This document shows positions 50,211 through 64,000 of a stretch of 64,000 nt of DNA, one piece after another. The notes beneath the pieces are model-generated. The model ran no database searches. It had not been told where the DNA came from and was given only the letters and a program-made list of their open reading frames with translations. The stretch comes from Conidiobolus incongruus B7586. Its lineage: Eukaryota. The stretch spans positions 1 to 64,000 of the forward strand of contig JNEM01012718.1 in the NCBI GenBank assembly GCA_000697335.1, in the 5' to 3' direction. Numbering within the stretch: position 1 is the first letter of the stretch; each line of letters begins with the position of its first letter. Both the position numbers and the translations under genes were made by a program.

Positions 50211-53200
50211 CTTTATTAGAAATTATTTCCCAATGCTTATTTACTAATTAATCAAGTGTAATTTTTAATTAATTTCCCTATATTGAGTATTTAGTCAACA
50301 GCAACTTGATAACATGCTATTCAAAACCATGTTTCTCAAAGTGGCATTCATTGTCATCATAGCATTACTAAACATTTCAAAAAATATTATTTTAATAGAC
50401 TTATTACAATTATTCGTCAAAATTGCTAAGAGTTTAGGAACTCTGATTTAATATAATATTCCACCAACTATGCCGGAGAATGATTTTATTATAGAGTAAT
50501 TGATGAGTGTAATTAAAATTAATTGATATTTTAGTCGATATAGTGATAAAAAATAACAAATTTTATATTATATACACCAATATCTTTTATTATTAAAGTT
50601 TATTAGATTAATAATACAGTCCGCTTATTTCATAAAAAAATTAATCACGTTGCATACTCATACTTGAAAAATATATCTATTAATTATTTTTATAATATTT
50701 TCTAAATTTATTCTTTAATTAGCATATAAGTGTGATAAGTATTTTACTCCAGTTTGTATTATTTGACTATGTATCGTATTAAATATTGATCATGCTACAT
50801 ATATTTATTAAAAAAATAATATTTGATAATAATAATGATAATATAATATGAGTTTTAATTTTAATTACAATATAATTCAGATATTATTTTAATAAAATAG
50901 TAAACGAAATTTAATTTATGGATAAAATAAATTAAGTGATTTATTTTAAATAAAAACTACTATTCAAAAATAACGAATAATAAGGTAAATTATACCGATC
51001 AAATATTAACAGATAAACTTTTGGAGTTAAATATATTAATCATAAATACTTATATAGTAATTTTGAAGAATTTGTCAATTAAAAATCAAACAATATCTCT
51101 ATAATTTTTATCATATGATACATCGAAAATTAGTTATCAAATGATATTGTATATAATGTGGCTTGTATAAGTTATCATTGAAATTCTTTTTATCTTCAAA
51201 AATCTTCTATAATTCAAATTTAACATTATTTTAATATTAATTTTTCAACAATTATATATATAAATTTTATCAATTGATGAATATAATTTTTTTAAAGAAT
51301 AATTATATAAAATATTATAAAGTAATGATCTTTATTTTGAATAGTACATGCTTAATATTTCAAAGTTATCACTATTAAATATAAACTATCGTTGATTTTT
51401 AAGGAATATAGCTAAATTAATATGTAATCAGAATCTAGTTCCATTATTAGTGATTTATTTTGACATGATATTAAAATCTTTACTTATTTGATACTGTTTT
51501 ATAAAAACCAAATATAAAAATTTTAAGTATTCAGTTATAAAATTTTTGTAATACTTTTAGTCTAATGAAATTACTCACTAGTCCTGATGAAAATATACTT
51601 TAATATTTTTTTTATTAATACAGATTATCTCAGTTTTAATTTTTTTTAGATTTTAAAATTAAACAAAAAAGATATTATTTGTCTATACTTTAAAAATATT
51701 ATTTAGAGCATTATAATAACTGGTATTCAAAATTAAATAATAACTATAATTTGATTGTTTAATCATATTAATTCTATATTAAATTTAATTTGAATAACAC
51801 ATTTTTAAAAAGTCATATTCATCCCAGATACTCCTAAACCTCTTGATTTCGGAGCTACAAAAAATTACTATTTTATTACTAACTGTATATTAATTTCCTT
51901 TGCTATTGAGAATATGTACTCCTTATAAATACAAATCACACTATTTGATACACTAAATAAGTCATTATTCTAATTATTTTTTTCAATAAATCTGAATATA
52001 TTTATTAATCAATGGCTGTACTTTATCAAGATTTATATATTCTCATTCCATTTTGAGTATTCGATATTTTGATGATTTTGTTAGATTATGATATTTGACA
52101 TTATAAATCATAATTATATATATCGCTCTAACTTTAGATATAACCAGATACTAGATCATTGTTAATACAACTAAATTTCAAAAATTTAAAATACATTAAA
52201 AATTAAAAATTAATATGTACATAAATTAATTTATAATTAATTTTATTTATTATTAAAAAATTATATATATATATTTTTACTATTATATTAAACTTTATTT
52301 TATCAATATTAAATTATACAAAGAAAGTATATTAATTATTTGGATTATTTAGACCAATGAATATAAATGAAAATTTATAGTTTATTATATTTCTGCAGTA
52401 TTTGTCTTATCTCTAGTTAATTATAATCAAAGACCACTATTGCGGATAGTTGCTTGATATTGATAATTTCTCTTACTTATTATTCTATAAGCTAGAAAAT
52501 ATGATAAAGGATTTTTAATATCAAAATATATTTGAATTAAAATAAATTAGTAAAATCAAAGATTAATTTAAAGTATAATAATACAGAGTATTACTTAATC
52601 CTTTTCAAAATTAATTGTCATATTTTCCCTTAATATTATTCAAATAATATATTATATAAATAATGTAATTGTAATATTTCATAATTATCTTTCTATTTGA
52701 TATTTTCAAAATTATTGAACCATATTTACATTGTTCAGAAAATAAAATATTAATATATATTAATAATTATTTTTTGTCTGATTAAACTCTTTACATTATA
52801 ATTATTTATTATTAAAAACTATATCATTTAAATTATTTTGTTTTTTGAATAAATATTATTTTAATATTAAACATTGTCAAATATATATTGTATTTGATTA
52901 AATTGAAATTTTCTGTGTATCCAGTATATAATAAATTATAATTAAAAGTAAATTTTAATAAATATAATAATTAATTATATTAAAAATTTTATTTAATTAT
53001 AATTTAGAGTATATATATATATTTATATTTAATAATCTATCCCAATATTTTAAAATATAAATTTATATAGTTAATATTTAGATATAATATCTTTATATAA
53101 AATAAAAATATTATTAATTAATATTACTCTAATATTATGAATATTATAATATAATTTGATAAAATGTTATATATATATATTTGTTTTCGATATAATAATC

Positions 53201-56200
53201 TTATTTTTTGGATTATAGAATATTTTAATAGCTATATCAAATTTTTTGATATTGTTAAACTATTTATAATATTTCAAGGCTATGTTATTTAAGCTTTTAT
53301 ACGTTGATACACTGAATTTAACTCAAAATAGTAATAGATATAAAAAGATATTGAATTTCTGGATCAAACCTATATTGAGGCGGTATTAGATAACATATAA
53401 TTTTGTGCAGATATGAATTTATATATTCAATGACTGTATTTTATTACTGTACTATTGACAAAAGTGTATATTTTTATAAAATCACTTTAGTTTATCTTTT
53501 GTTATTTTATCTTTATTATATTCAATGTTTTGTTCTATTAATATTTTATCAATTATTTTTGAAAAAACAATTCAGCTTATTGAATTGAAATTGTTATACA
53601 TTATAAAAAATTCTAATTTCCATTTTCATTATGAACTAATATATTGATTGGTTAATTTTTATAATAATATTTGTGTCATGAAGATATAGAAAATTATAGT
53701 TTATTTCAGCTGTAGGGATCTTTTTTCAAATTCTTTTGAAAAAATGAGATTAATAGTAAATAGCTAATTTCAATTATTTATAATTTTAAATTTAATTTTA
53801 ATTTTAATTTTATATTATATAAAGCATTTAAATATTAATTTATCTTATATTTAAATCATTAAATTTTTATTAATGACTTTTTGTTCAACCTGACTTATAA
53901 CTTCTAAACTAGTATGATTAAATTTAAATTTTAAATATATTTTATAAAATTATTGATTTTTTTTTCTTATTATTGATGATATAGAGTTAAGACTTTAAAT
54001 AATAATATATTGAAAATATGTGTAATATCTTTATATATCAGAATCTTTTAAGTTATATAAATCTGAAAACAATATATCAAAATATTTTTATTTAGCTTAC
54101 AAAACTTATAATATAATAAATTCTAAAATACAGTATTCAATGAATCTCAATTTTGAATTATTCTAAATTAAATAAAAATATATATAATACAAAATGAGAT
54201 TTAAATTTTATTATATATTTATCCAAGTAATCTCTAAGATATATTAATTGTCATATCAATAAATCCATTAATTATAATCTCAAATTGATTTGATATATTA
54301 ATTTTGAAATGATACTTAGTTTAATATACTATTCCTATATCTCTAAATTGAATCTCTTAAGCTAACTTAGGCAGACTCAATTATTGGTTGTTGATTAATG
54401 TTTGTTTAACCTATAAAATTCAAAATAGTACATATATATTTTTAAAAAACATTATTCATTTGTATTTCCTTTAATTAATTTTAATAGTATAAACCAGTAT
54501 ATATTTTATTTGTTAAAATTTGAGAAATATTTGAATTATTTGAACTGTATAACTTGGATTTAAATAAAATTTAACTATTATATTTGATATTCTTTAATAT
54601 TTTAGGGATTTTAATAATTGTGTATTATTTGGTGATTTTAATTAATTCAATTACTAAAAATATCTATAATTTTTAAATAAAATACTAATAAATTTTATAT
54701 TCAACAAAAAATAATATTTACATAGTAATAATTGTGTTTGAGAGTTCATTATTCATTGAATCCTGATTTTAGCGAAATTTTTGCACTTAAATTTGTAATT
54801 TAATACAATTATCAATTAGTAATAGTCAATTATTGCATCCCTAAATATTTATTGAATGTGTATTTATTAATGATCTTTTGACATCATAAATATTTCAATT
54901 CAATATATCGCCATTAAGAATTTACTTTTTAATAAACAAATAAATAGATGAACAAAGCCTCTAGTATTGTGTTTATTCAAATTGTATTTTTTATTATTTA
55001 AGGTAATGAAAATGCTGAAGTAGTATATATTATTAACTAAATATATATCTGAATCAATTACAAAATTGCATCGTTCTCATATAAACTAATATAAATATTG
55101 ATATTATATTTATGTTAGATTATATTCATTTCTACAAGATATATCTATAATTATTTTTAAACTAAATGTTTATAAGATTAAACATATTAAATTATCAATA
55201 ATATTATAACTTACTAATCTTAATAATATATTACAATGAGTAAAAATATTTATTTGTGTAATATAATATCAATATATCATTGAATTCTAAACCATCAAAT
55301 ATAAAAATTCGAACGTTGATTTTAAATGATTAGAATATAATATAATAATAATATAAATTTACTTTTAAATTATCTATAAATTTGTAAGTTTTAAACAAGA
55401 CTTTCAATAGAGATATCGTGATCAATTAAGATTATTCGAAAAGTATTCATTATAATTTCTAAATATTCAATATAAAATATTATTTTATTACATCATTTTT
55501 TGAGAACAAAATAATAAGACAATCTGGAAAAATTATAAATCTATCTTCGATTAATCTTAAAAAATAAATAATTATTCCATATTTAAATTTTAATATTTAA
55601 AAAAAGCTGAAATTTAGTTTTTAGACTTTTTTAAACGTCAAGGCCCAAATATTTCAAAATTTAATATAAATAATAATTAATGAAAAATATCTATATAATA
55701 GAATGGAAATTAATATAGCCAAAATGGTTAAATAAAAAAGTATGTATAAATAATTTTCAAATATTATTTGCATTTATATTTTTTCAAATAAAAAAAGGTT
55801 TAGATGATAAACTAGATGAATAAAATAATTTCTAGTTTAATTAAAACGTTTATCTATTAAATAAATTAGTTGCTTTTTATCTTTAAATTTTTTTTAATTT
55901 TGATTAGAGATGGTTATTGATAAATTAAATTATTCATTTTTTCTTGAAGTGATTGTGCTCTTTTTATCAATGATTATTAAGTTTAGGAGTGATACCACTA
56001 TGCTTTAATATATAAAATATGAAATTTTCTAACCAATTGATAATTATACCATAAATAGTATTATTCTAAGTGTTTGCGATAATAATATTATATTATCTTT
56101 AATTTATCTATTAAGAAAACCAAATCAGATATAGTTGAATCAAAGTACAGATAATCAATAGTAAATTAATTATTCATCACTATTCATATTTAAGCCACCA

Positions 56201-56988
56201 ATCATTTGTAAGATAGTTTGTAATTCAAATAACCATTGTTTCTTGGGTTCTACAAAGTTAAGGTATACAGTATTTGGACTATCACAAAGTGCAAGTGTTA
56301 GTAAAAATAAAAAATAATGATTTCAGTTCTGGTTTATTTTTATCTACTAGAAAAATGTGGGAATCTTGTGATATTCACTGTGGATTTTAATTAAATAGTT
56401 TGTATTGACTTATAGGGGCAATATTAATGATCTCCCCGAAATTATTAAATTATCAAACTATTTAACTCTATAAAATTAATATAGAATATAATGATTATCA
56501 TGGAACATACAACATTGAACCGAATAAGAATCGTGTGTGACATAGAGCTGTTTGCTGTTTGTTCAGTAGAATAACATTTTATTATATTAATTATTAAAAA
56601 GATATATAGTAAAAGTGTTGATATGTGGTATGATAGTACCTATATCCTCACTTTTTATATCAGATTAATATCCTAAACGATTTAGACAAATTTATTCTAG
56701 TCTTATCTTAATATCATTGAATTAAAGGAAAGAGATTGAAAATTAATTAATATTATAAAGTTTACCCCAATTTAGAAATATTCAATCGCACTATACTGTG
56801 TAAAATCAGAATCACTTTTCAACCAAATTAACACACACAATTTGTGTATCAAATTAATATTCTCAAAGTTCTAATAGTAGAGAAAATACCCACTTTGATT
56901 TGGAATTAATAGCATCTGACTAGCTTTGATTATAAAAGTATAAATTAAATTTTGTCTCATTGGAGAAATTACTTTTTACATAAATATC

Positions 56989-58476
56989 ATGTCTACCCCA
57001 AGTAAAGTAAGATCAACTCCTAGTCGCTCTAACAGTATGACTCAATTACAAGTAGTCCATCCTACTCACTCTTCTCCACAGGACGACAGTGAAATTCCTA
57101 TCCCCAAAGATATTGAACAATCTTTGAACTCCAAAATCAATGAAATTGTAGAACAGTTCACGCTATCCAAAGAACAGCTTAAAGGTATTCAAGATGCTTT
57201 TATCATCGAAATGAACAAAGGCTTAGATAAGGACGGCCAAGACCTCCCCATGATTCCTACCTTCGTCACTGGCAGACCCACTGGTGAGGAAGTCGGTTCC
57301 TACTTTGCTATTGACTTGGGTGGTTCTCATCTCAGAGTCTGCTTAGTTCATCTCAAAGGTCCTGATCACGACACCGAAGTTATCCAGAGAAAGTTTGTTG
57401 TTCCCGAAGAAATCAAAGCTGCTGAAGCTACTCACTTATTCGACTTTATTGCTGAACATGTCGAATCCTTTTTAGTCTCTACCTCCGTTACAGCTCCTAA
57501 GGGTCAATCCATTCCCCTTGGTTTCACTTTCTCCTTCCCTGTCAATCAAACTGCCATCAACCGTGGTAGACTTATGTTCTGGAACAAGGGCTTCACTTGC
57601 CCTGGTGCCGTTGGTAAGGATGTTGTTCAACTTTTACAAGATGCTTTAGATCGCAAGCAAATCAACGTCACTGTTTCTGCTATTGTCAACGACACTGTTG
57701 GAACTTTACTTTCTTCTGCTTACAAATATCCCAACACCCTCGCTGGTGTCATTTTAGGTACTGGTACCAATGCTGCCTACTACGAAAAACTCAATAACCT
57801 CACCAAATGGCGTGGTGACACTTCCATCAGCGAAGAAATGATCTTGAACATGGAATGGGGTAACTTTGACACTGAAAAGAAGTACCTCCCCTGTACTTCC
57901 TTCGACAATCACTTGGACAGAGAAACTCAAAACCCTTACCAGATGGTTTTTGAAAAGATGATCAGCGGCAGATACTTGGGTGAAATTGTCAGAATTGTCT
58001 TGATCCATTTGATTGATCACAGAATTTTATTTAACGGTAAGAGTACATCAATTCTCAATACTCCCTACAGCTTTGCCAGTAGCTACTTGAGTGACATCCA
58101 TGGTGATGAATCAGACTCTCTCACCAAGACCAAGCACATTCTCGAAGACCTCATTGGTTTCCCTGCTAAATCCACAACCCTTTTCGAAAGAAGAGCTGTC
58201 CAAAAGATCTGTAAAGCTGTTGGTATCCGCTCTGCCAGATTAAGCTCTGCTGCTTTAGCCAGTTTATGCTCTAAGAGATTAGACTTAGTAGCTGAAGGTG
58301 TTACTATTGGTGTAGATGGCAGTTTATTCGAACACTACCCCAACTATCCCCAATACATGAAGGAAGCTTTGACTGAATTATTAGGTGAAACTCATGCCAG
58401 AGGCATTGAATTAGTACATGCTACTGATGGATCAGGCATTGGTGCTGCTATGACAGCTATGATTGCTTCCCAATAG
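56989..58476 (+). CDS. HXK: Hexokinase (intronless)
   Basis: LPMIPTFV, AIDLGGSHLRV, LGFTFSFPV, VNDTVGT, ILGTGTNAAY, NMEWGNFD, FEKMISGRYLGE, DGSLFEHYP and DGSGIGAA. Confidence 0.97.
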   Translation: MSTPSKVRSTPSRSNSMTQLQVVHPTHSSPQDDSEIPIPKDIEQSLNSKINEIVEQFTLSKEQLKGIQDAFIIEMNKGLDKDGQDLPMIPTFVTGRPTGEEVGSYFAIDLGGSHLRVCLVHLKGPDHDTEVIQRKFVVPEEIKAAEATHLFDFIAEHVESFLVSTSVTAPKGQSIPLGFTFSFPVNQTAINRGRLMFWNKGFTCPGAVGKDVVQLLQDALDRKQINVTVSAIVNDTVGTLLSSAYKYPNTLAGVILGTGTNAAYYEKLNNLTKWRGDTSISEEMILNMEWGNFDTEKKYLPCTSFDNHLDRETQNPYQMVFEKMISGRYLGEIVRIVLIHLIDHRILFNGKSTSILNTPYSFASSYLSDIHGDESDSLTKTKHILEDLIGFPAKSTTLFERRAVQKICKAVGIRSARLSSAALASLCSKRLDLVAEGVTIGVDGSLFEHYPNYPQYMKEALTELLGETHARGIELVHATDGSGIGAAMTAMIASQ

Positions 58477-61464
58477 TATGTATAATTCAAAATCATGAAT
58501 TTTGTTGCAATAGTATTAATATCTTATGAAAATATTTAGTAGAAAAATAAAAAATAATAATCACTGTGGAATTAACTGTATCACCCTTTGAGTTCCATTA
58601 GCTTGACTAGGTCTTGGACTTTATTGACTTTTAGTGCACCCTCTGATTGATTTCTTAATTTTGGATTATAGCAACATGGCAGATATTGATTATTTTTCTA
58701 TTATTAATTAATTAATTAATTACATTTGACTGAATAAATTGTTTATTCATCAATATGACCAACGTCTAAAATTTCGTAATAGATTAAGTGGATAATAATA
58801 TAACAGTATTTTGATAAATATCAAAAACAATTTTATCACATAACAATAATCCAATTAAATTTAATTTAGAATAAATTTAATAATATCTCCCATTATTACT
58901 TGGGAAATAGAATTAAATTAGTTGTAAGATTTTCCGCAATTGTTTAAAATTTCTATTATTATAAAAAATATAAATATATAAATTTTTATTCTCACCTAAA
59001 TAATATTACTTAAAAATGATTTCATTTATTATCATAAAAAACTCTTTTTTTACTTTTCTTCAAATATATTTTATAAATATTAGTATAAATAATTTATAAA
59101 ATATTAATAGTATTATTATTATTATATTTTTTGTAAAAATTAATTTTATTTAATAAATTTCTTTTCAGTTTCGGAGAATATAATTAAATTAATGCATTAT
59201 TTAGACATATAAGATCTAGAATTTTAATGCTAATATTTAATTAAATATGTCAATAACTAGAAAAATTTTAATATTAAATAATAATTTGTTTTAAAATTTA
59301 GTTTATAAATAATGGTAATTGAGATGAAAATCATATTAATATAGTAGTAAAGTTATATATCTGATTATTATTATAATTTATATATATGATAATGAAATTT
59401 CTCAGGCATTGTACTTTTAAATAATGGAAAAATGTTATAATTCCTAATACAAATGTTGAAAAAAAAGTTTGCAAAATTAATTAAATTCTCTATTTTACCA
59501 ATTTTATAAAATATAATATTAATTCAAGTCTCAATATTTTAATATATAGCGTTGAATTAAATTCATAATAGTTTTTGATATTAATAATTTAGATTATATA
59601 TTATAAAAGAATATCTTCCACAAACTTCATTAATATTCCAATTTTTCAAATTAAATTTGCAATTATATCTGATGATGACTAAATTCTATATCAGTACAAT
59701 TAATAAAATTATGCAGATTTAAAAATAATTATTATAAGATGCAAATATTGATAGATATTCACAAAATAGACTAATTGTACTATATAATTCTCTACTTACA
59801 GTTTATCTACAAATTAACTATCTTAATAAATATATTTAGATTAAGTTCAGATTTTATTATTTGATTAAAAAAATAAATATTACTTTATGAAACTATGATA
59901 AAAGATAGTATTTCAAATGTTTATTAAAACAACCAAAATGATATTGGATATTGAATTTTTATAAATTGATATTTAATAAATGATTAATATATATGTTGAG
60001 ATGCCTTGAATCGTTGTATATAATTAAATTTTGATATCATCAAATTTCAGTAATGAAATACTAATTTTGCTATTAAAATATATTGTTTTATTTATATATT
60101 AGAATGCTAGTGACTAATCAATAGTTTCCAAAATAATTATTAATTTATAAAATTTTTTTTCTATATTAATCGAAATAAAAATATTCTTTGGCATTTTTTT
60201 TTAAAATAATATATGGTTATTATAATAGGGCATTTATATTCTCAAACCTTATTATTGATAGATTTTAGGAAAATATATGGTTGATTAACATACATATCTG
60301 ATGTTTCACAATTATTTTTTTCTTCAAGATTTGAGTCCGTGAATAATATGAGTTTTTTAATTTTAAATTTAATTATATTATCCATACTTTTGGGTTCAGA
60401 ATTTATACTATTATATTACAAGTTAGTAATATCTTTGGATTATTATTTGAATATAGCTTATTAATTTGATATATTTTAGTGCCAAATCATATGGGTAATG
60501 AACTAATATTTTAAAAAGGAGAATATTTAATGATCATACATAAGATTTTAATTGGAAGTCAAGTAATATTTGGTCCATTCTCTTATAAAATGTCTATGAA
60601 ATATGATATATCATTAAACAAATATGTATATAAGTATCATTTATATAGTATATTATAATAATCAATAGCTATTCCAATTATTCCACATATTTCAAAACTA
60701 AAAAATCGAAGTTATTTTTAATCTATACTAGAATACAAACACGAAATTGTAAATTATATTATAATATTTGTAAAGAAATCATAACGATATTTGAAAAATT
60801 GAAAATATTTCTGAAGTATTATTTTAGATTTTGATTATACTCAACTTTTATAAAATAAAATATTAATTGTTTAAGTATTAAGAAATGATTTTATAATAAT
60901 ATTTTAAAATCGAGTAGATGAAGAGATTTCTAATGCCTTTATTTATAACAATACTATTTATCAACATAAACGATGTTCAATTATTTTCAAACTATAGCAT
61001 AGCTGTTATATGTTATATTATATTTTACTTATTAATCTATCAATAAAGGAATCAAAATAATATTTTGCATTTCTTTAGGTAGGTAAATTAAAACATTCAT
61101 ATGAAATCCTTATTACAGATATTATTTATAATTTTATATTAATATGAACTTTATTAAAGATATATAAAATAATATTTTTCAATCTTTGATATTTAATCTT
61201 CAAAATATAATCAAATTGAATCCCATAAGCTGAATATATAAAAATTTAATTCAAATAAATAAGTTGATATGGAGTAAATCAAAATAAATATAATTCATAA
61301 TAATATAAGGTATAATTATATACAAAAATAAAGCAGTAAAATTATAATATTATTATCAAGTATAAATAATAATTTCGCACTATATATATTTGCAATCAAA
61401 TAACATTTTGATTTTGAGATCTAACTTTGATTAATTTTTTAGTTATATTTTATATATAAAAAAA

Positions 61465-62140
61465 ATGAAACTTAATTTATCTAAACCTGTTGCCTCTAAC
61501 AAATCTCCCTTGGTTTATCTTTTTTATAATGTCCTTGAAAAACAAGCTATTGTAACTAGATTCCCTTATATTAAGGTAATTAACTTATTATACTTTTATA
61601 TTATTTTTATAATTAATTATTTAGGAACATAACACTTATCAAATTGGTACCATTAGTCCCAAAATAAGAAAGGATCACTGGAAACCCATTTTAGTTATCA
61701 GTGGATTTACTCAAGAAAAAACTGCTGATATTGTATTCCACAGCTTAGCCACTTACCCCAAAGAATTACGCGATGAAAGCTGGAAGACTTTACCCAAAAA
61801 TTTAAAGGTTGCCGCTTTAAAGAACCAAATTGAACATAAAATAAGTGCTACTTGCCGAGTTTTGGAAGATTTACCCAACTACATTCAAGACACTCAGGTT
61901 TTTCCCGAGCCCATCGCTAAGGATGACTTAAAATTGACCTGTTATTGGGAAACAGATTACTGGAAGAATTTAATTGAAAAATACAATCTTCAATGGCCAG
62001 ACTATATCTCTCATGATAAATTAAAATTAATTAGAGGTAGATCTATTGCCAACGAACAATTTAGAACTGTTCAATCCGGCTTCGGTAGATTGAACGAAAT
62101 CAACAAGCTTTTAAAAGATCGTAAAGAACAAACCGCTTAA
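61465..62140 (+). CDS. MHR1: Mitochondrial ribosomal protein mL67 / Mhr1
   Basis: VYLFYNV..QAIV, KIRKDHWKP, LKNQ..KIS, YWE and QWPDYISH match Mhr1-family motifs. One intron. Confidence 0.7.
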
Positions 62141-62580
62141 ATTATTAAACTTTATCTAAATTAATAGAATTACAATTATTTGAATATTATTTTATTAAAT
62201 TTTATATCTTATAAATTTTTAAAATTTATTAAAAGATATATACTATCAAAATTTTTCTAATTATCATCAATTTAGAGTTAAAACCTAGTTTACTGCCTAT
62301 TTATTTAACAAAATCCAATTTTTTCACATTATTGATATAATCTTCAAAATTAATACTTGTTTTACAAAAGTTTCTTAAAAATATATATATATTGATTAGA
62401 TGTTAATACAAAATAAAAGATGTAAATCCCATAATAAAAAAATATTAATGATATTATTATAAAGATAAGTAATTAAGTTAAAGAAAAAATATAATTGAAT
62501 AAACTTCCATAAAAATTTAAAATTATTAAAAAATTATTAAAATAAGCAAGAAGTAAATAATTCAATAATATTTAATTATA

Positions 62581-63878
62581 ATGAGCGTTCAAACCAACTC
62601 AGATTTATTTCACGATGAATTGATTCACGATGTCGAATATAATTTTTATGGTGACAAGTTGGCTTCAGTTAGTTCGGATTGTAAGGTTAAAGTTACAGAC
62701 CTTCAACCTGATGCAGAATCTAAAATCAATGATTATTGGAAAGTAAGAGGTTTTTAAGTATTGGTAGAATAAATTAACTGAGGAAATTTGTTAGGCTCAC
62801 TCTGCCCCTATTTTAAGGGTTGCTTGGACAGATCCACAATTCGGTCAGATTTTAGCTACATGTTCATTTGATAAACTTGTAAAAATTTGGGAAGAACAAG
62901 ATCATGGTAATTATTTCTCAATTTTATAAATAATAATACCTGTTTATTCATCATTCTTTATTTTTTTATTTAGAACCTAAAAACTCTGGTAAAAGATGGA
63001 TTGAACGTGCTCAACTCGTCGAAAGTAAAGGTACAGTTTACGATATTGCATTCTGTCCAAGTCACCTGGGTCTCAAATTGGCTGCTGCATCCTCCGAAGG
63101 TATTGTCAGAATTTACGAAGCCATGGATGTAGTTAACCTCGCAAGTTGGACGGTAATGGAGGAGTTCCATGTTAATGGTGTTGAAAATCAATCAGTTTCA
63201 AATCCTCATGAGACTGAAGTACGCTATTGTTTGTCATGGTGTCCATCATATGTACCCTCCGGCTATCTTGCCGTCGGTTCCGGTACTTTCAACTCAGTTA
63301 AGATTTTCCAAAATGAAGGCAGCGCTTGGAATAATGTTCTAACCTTGGATGGTCATCAAGGAATTGTCAACGATGTCGCTTGGGCGAATACGATGGGCAG
63401 ACCATACCATCTTATCGCAACTGCATGTCACGACGGAAAGGTCAGAATTTATCAAGTAACATTACCAAGCAAATCTGAAGGATTATCTACACTTCCTTCC
63501 TCCCCTCAACCTTCTAATGAGCAACATCACTCCGCTCTTGCATCGGGTTCACCCACACCACAGCCTTCTCTTTTACCCCCTAAACACACTTCCCAACTCG
63601 TTGCTGAGTTTGGCGATCACCAAGCGCCAGTATGGCGTGTCAAATGGAATATTACAGGCACAGTACTTTCATCATCAGGTGACGATGGTAAAATTCGCCT
63701 CTGGAAGTCCAACAATGCTGGAGTTTGGAGATGTATCTCGTCCGTCAGCTTAGATAACAATATTCCTTCCAACACATCTATGCATAACAATCCAGTTGCA
63801 AGTGGTAGTATTTCAATTTCCAACTCTCAAAATAACATGCATTCAATGAATGTTATACCATTACCAACTCATGACTAA
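62581..63878 (+). CDS. SEH1: WD40 nucleoporin / GATOR2 subunit Seh1
   Basis: HDELIHDVEYNFYGDKLASVSSD, PQFGQILATCSFD, HLGLKLAAASSEG..RIYEAMDVVNLASW, DVAWANTMGRPYHLIATAC and VWRVKWNITGTVLSSSGDDG. Confidence 0.93.
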
Positions 63879-64000
63879 TTTACTTTTTTGATTCAATGAA
63901 TCTATATTGGATGGATATCGAATTAGGAAGATATTGAATTTTAATTTAATCGTTGTCAACTAATATTTATATTACCTTTTGAATAAATTTCAATACTCTG

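Noticed and set aside
56989..58476. Hexokinase as a retrocopy because it lacks introns
   Set aside because: No poly(A) remnant or target duplication is seen, the gene has host-like codon bias and a TATA box, and other genes here also have very long exons.
21042..63878. Nucleoporin gene cluster (NUP188 and SEH1)
   Set aside because: The genes are about 36 kb apart with many unrelated genes between them, which is compatible with chance.

Overview
This is eukaryotic DNA from a very AT-rich fungus, with many short (about 50-60 nt) GT-AG introns. The style fits an early-diverging fungus such as an Entomophthoromycotina species, but that is inference. Recognisable housekeeping genes are a bli-3-like gene, ADE1, RPB7, a YFH7-like kinase, HCS1/IGHMBP2 helicase, NUP188, SHP1/p47, NDUFB8, TAF4, gephyrin/cnxE, NPP1, TKL1, hexokinase, MHR1 and SEH1. 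The window also has a tRNA-His gene, a decayed tRNA-Ile, and a white-collar-2 pseudogene. The most striking structure is a stack of five solo-LTR-like units from two families (11225-13531). They are inserted at exactly the same site 6-10 nt upstream of tRNA-His and are bounded by six copies of the 5-bp duplication ATCAG, with the most intact copies nearest the tRNA. This looks like a polarised, CRISPR-like insertion record. Other notable items: a gag-like ORF starting inside one LTR family, a 2-nt microexon needed to keep the helicase in frame, two mariner relics with animal-mariner-like motifs (one with exact D34D spacing), a hypermutated 1.2-kb dispersed repeat, a recurring (T/A)CCCATA promoter motif, and an intronless GC-richer orphan gene. 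All protein identifications come from recognising motifs by eye; no searches were run.
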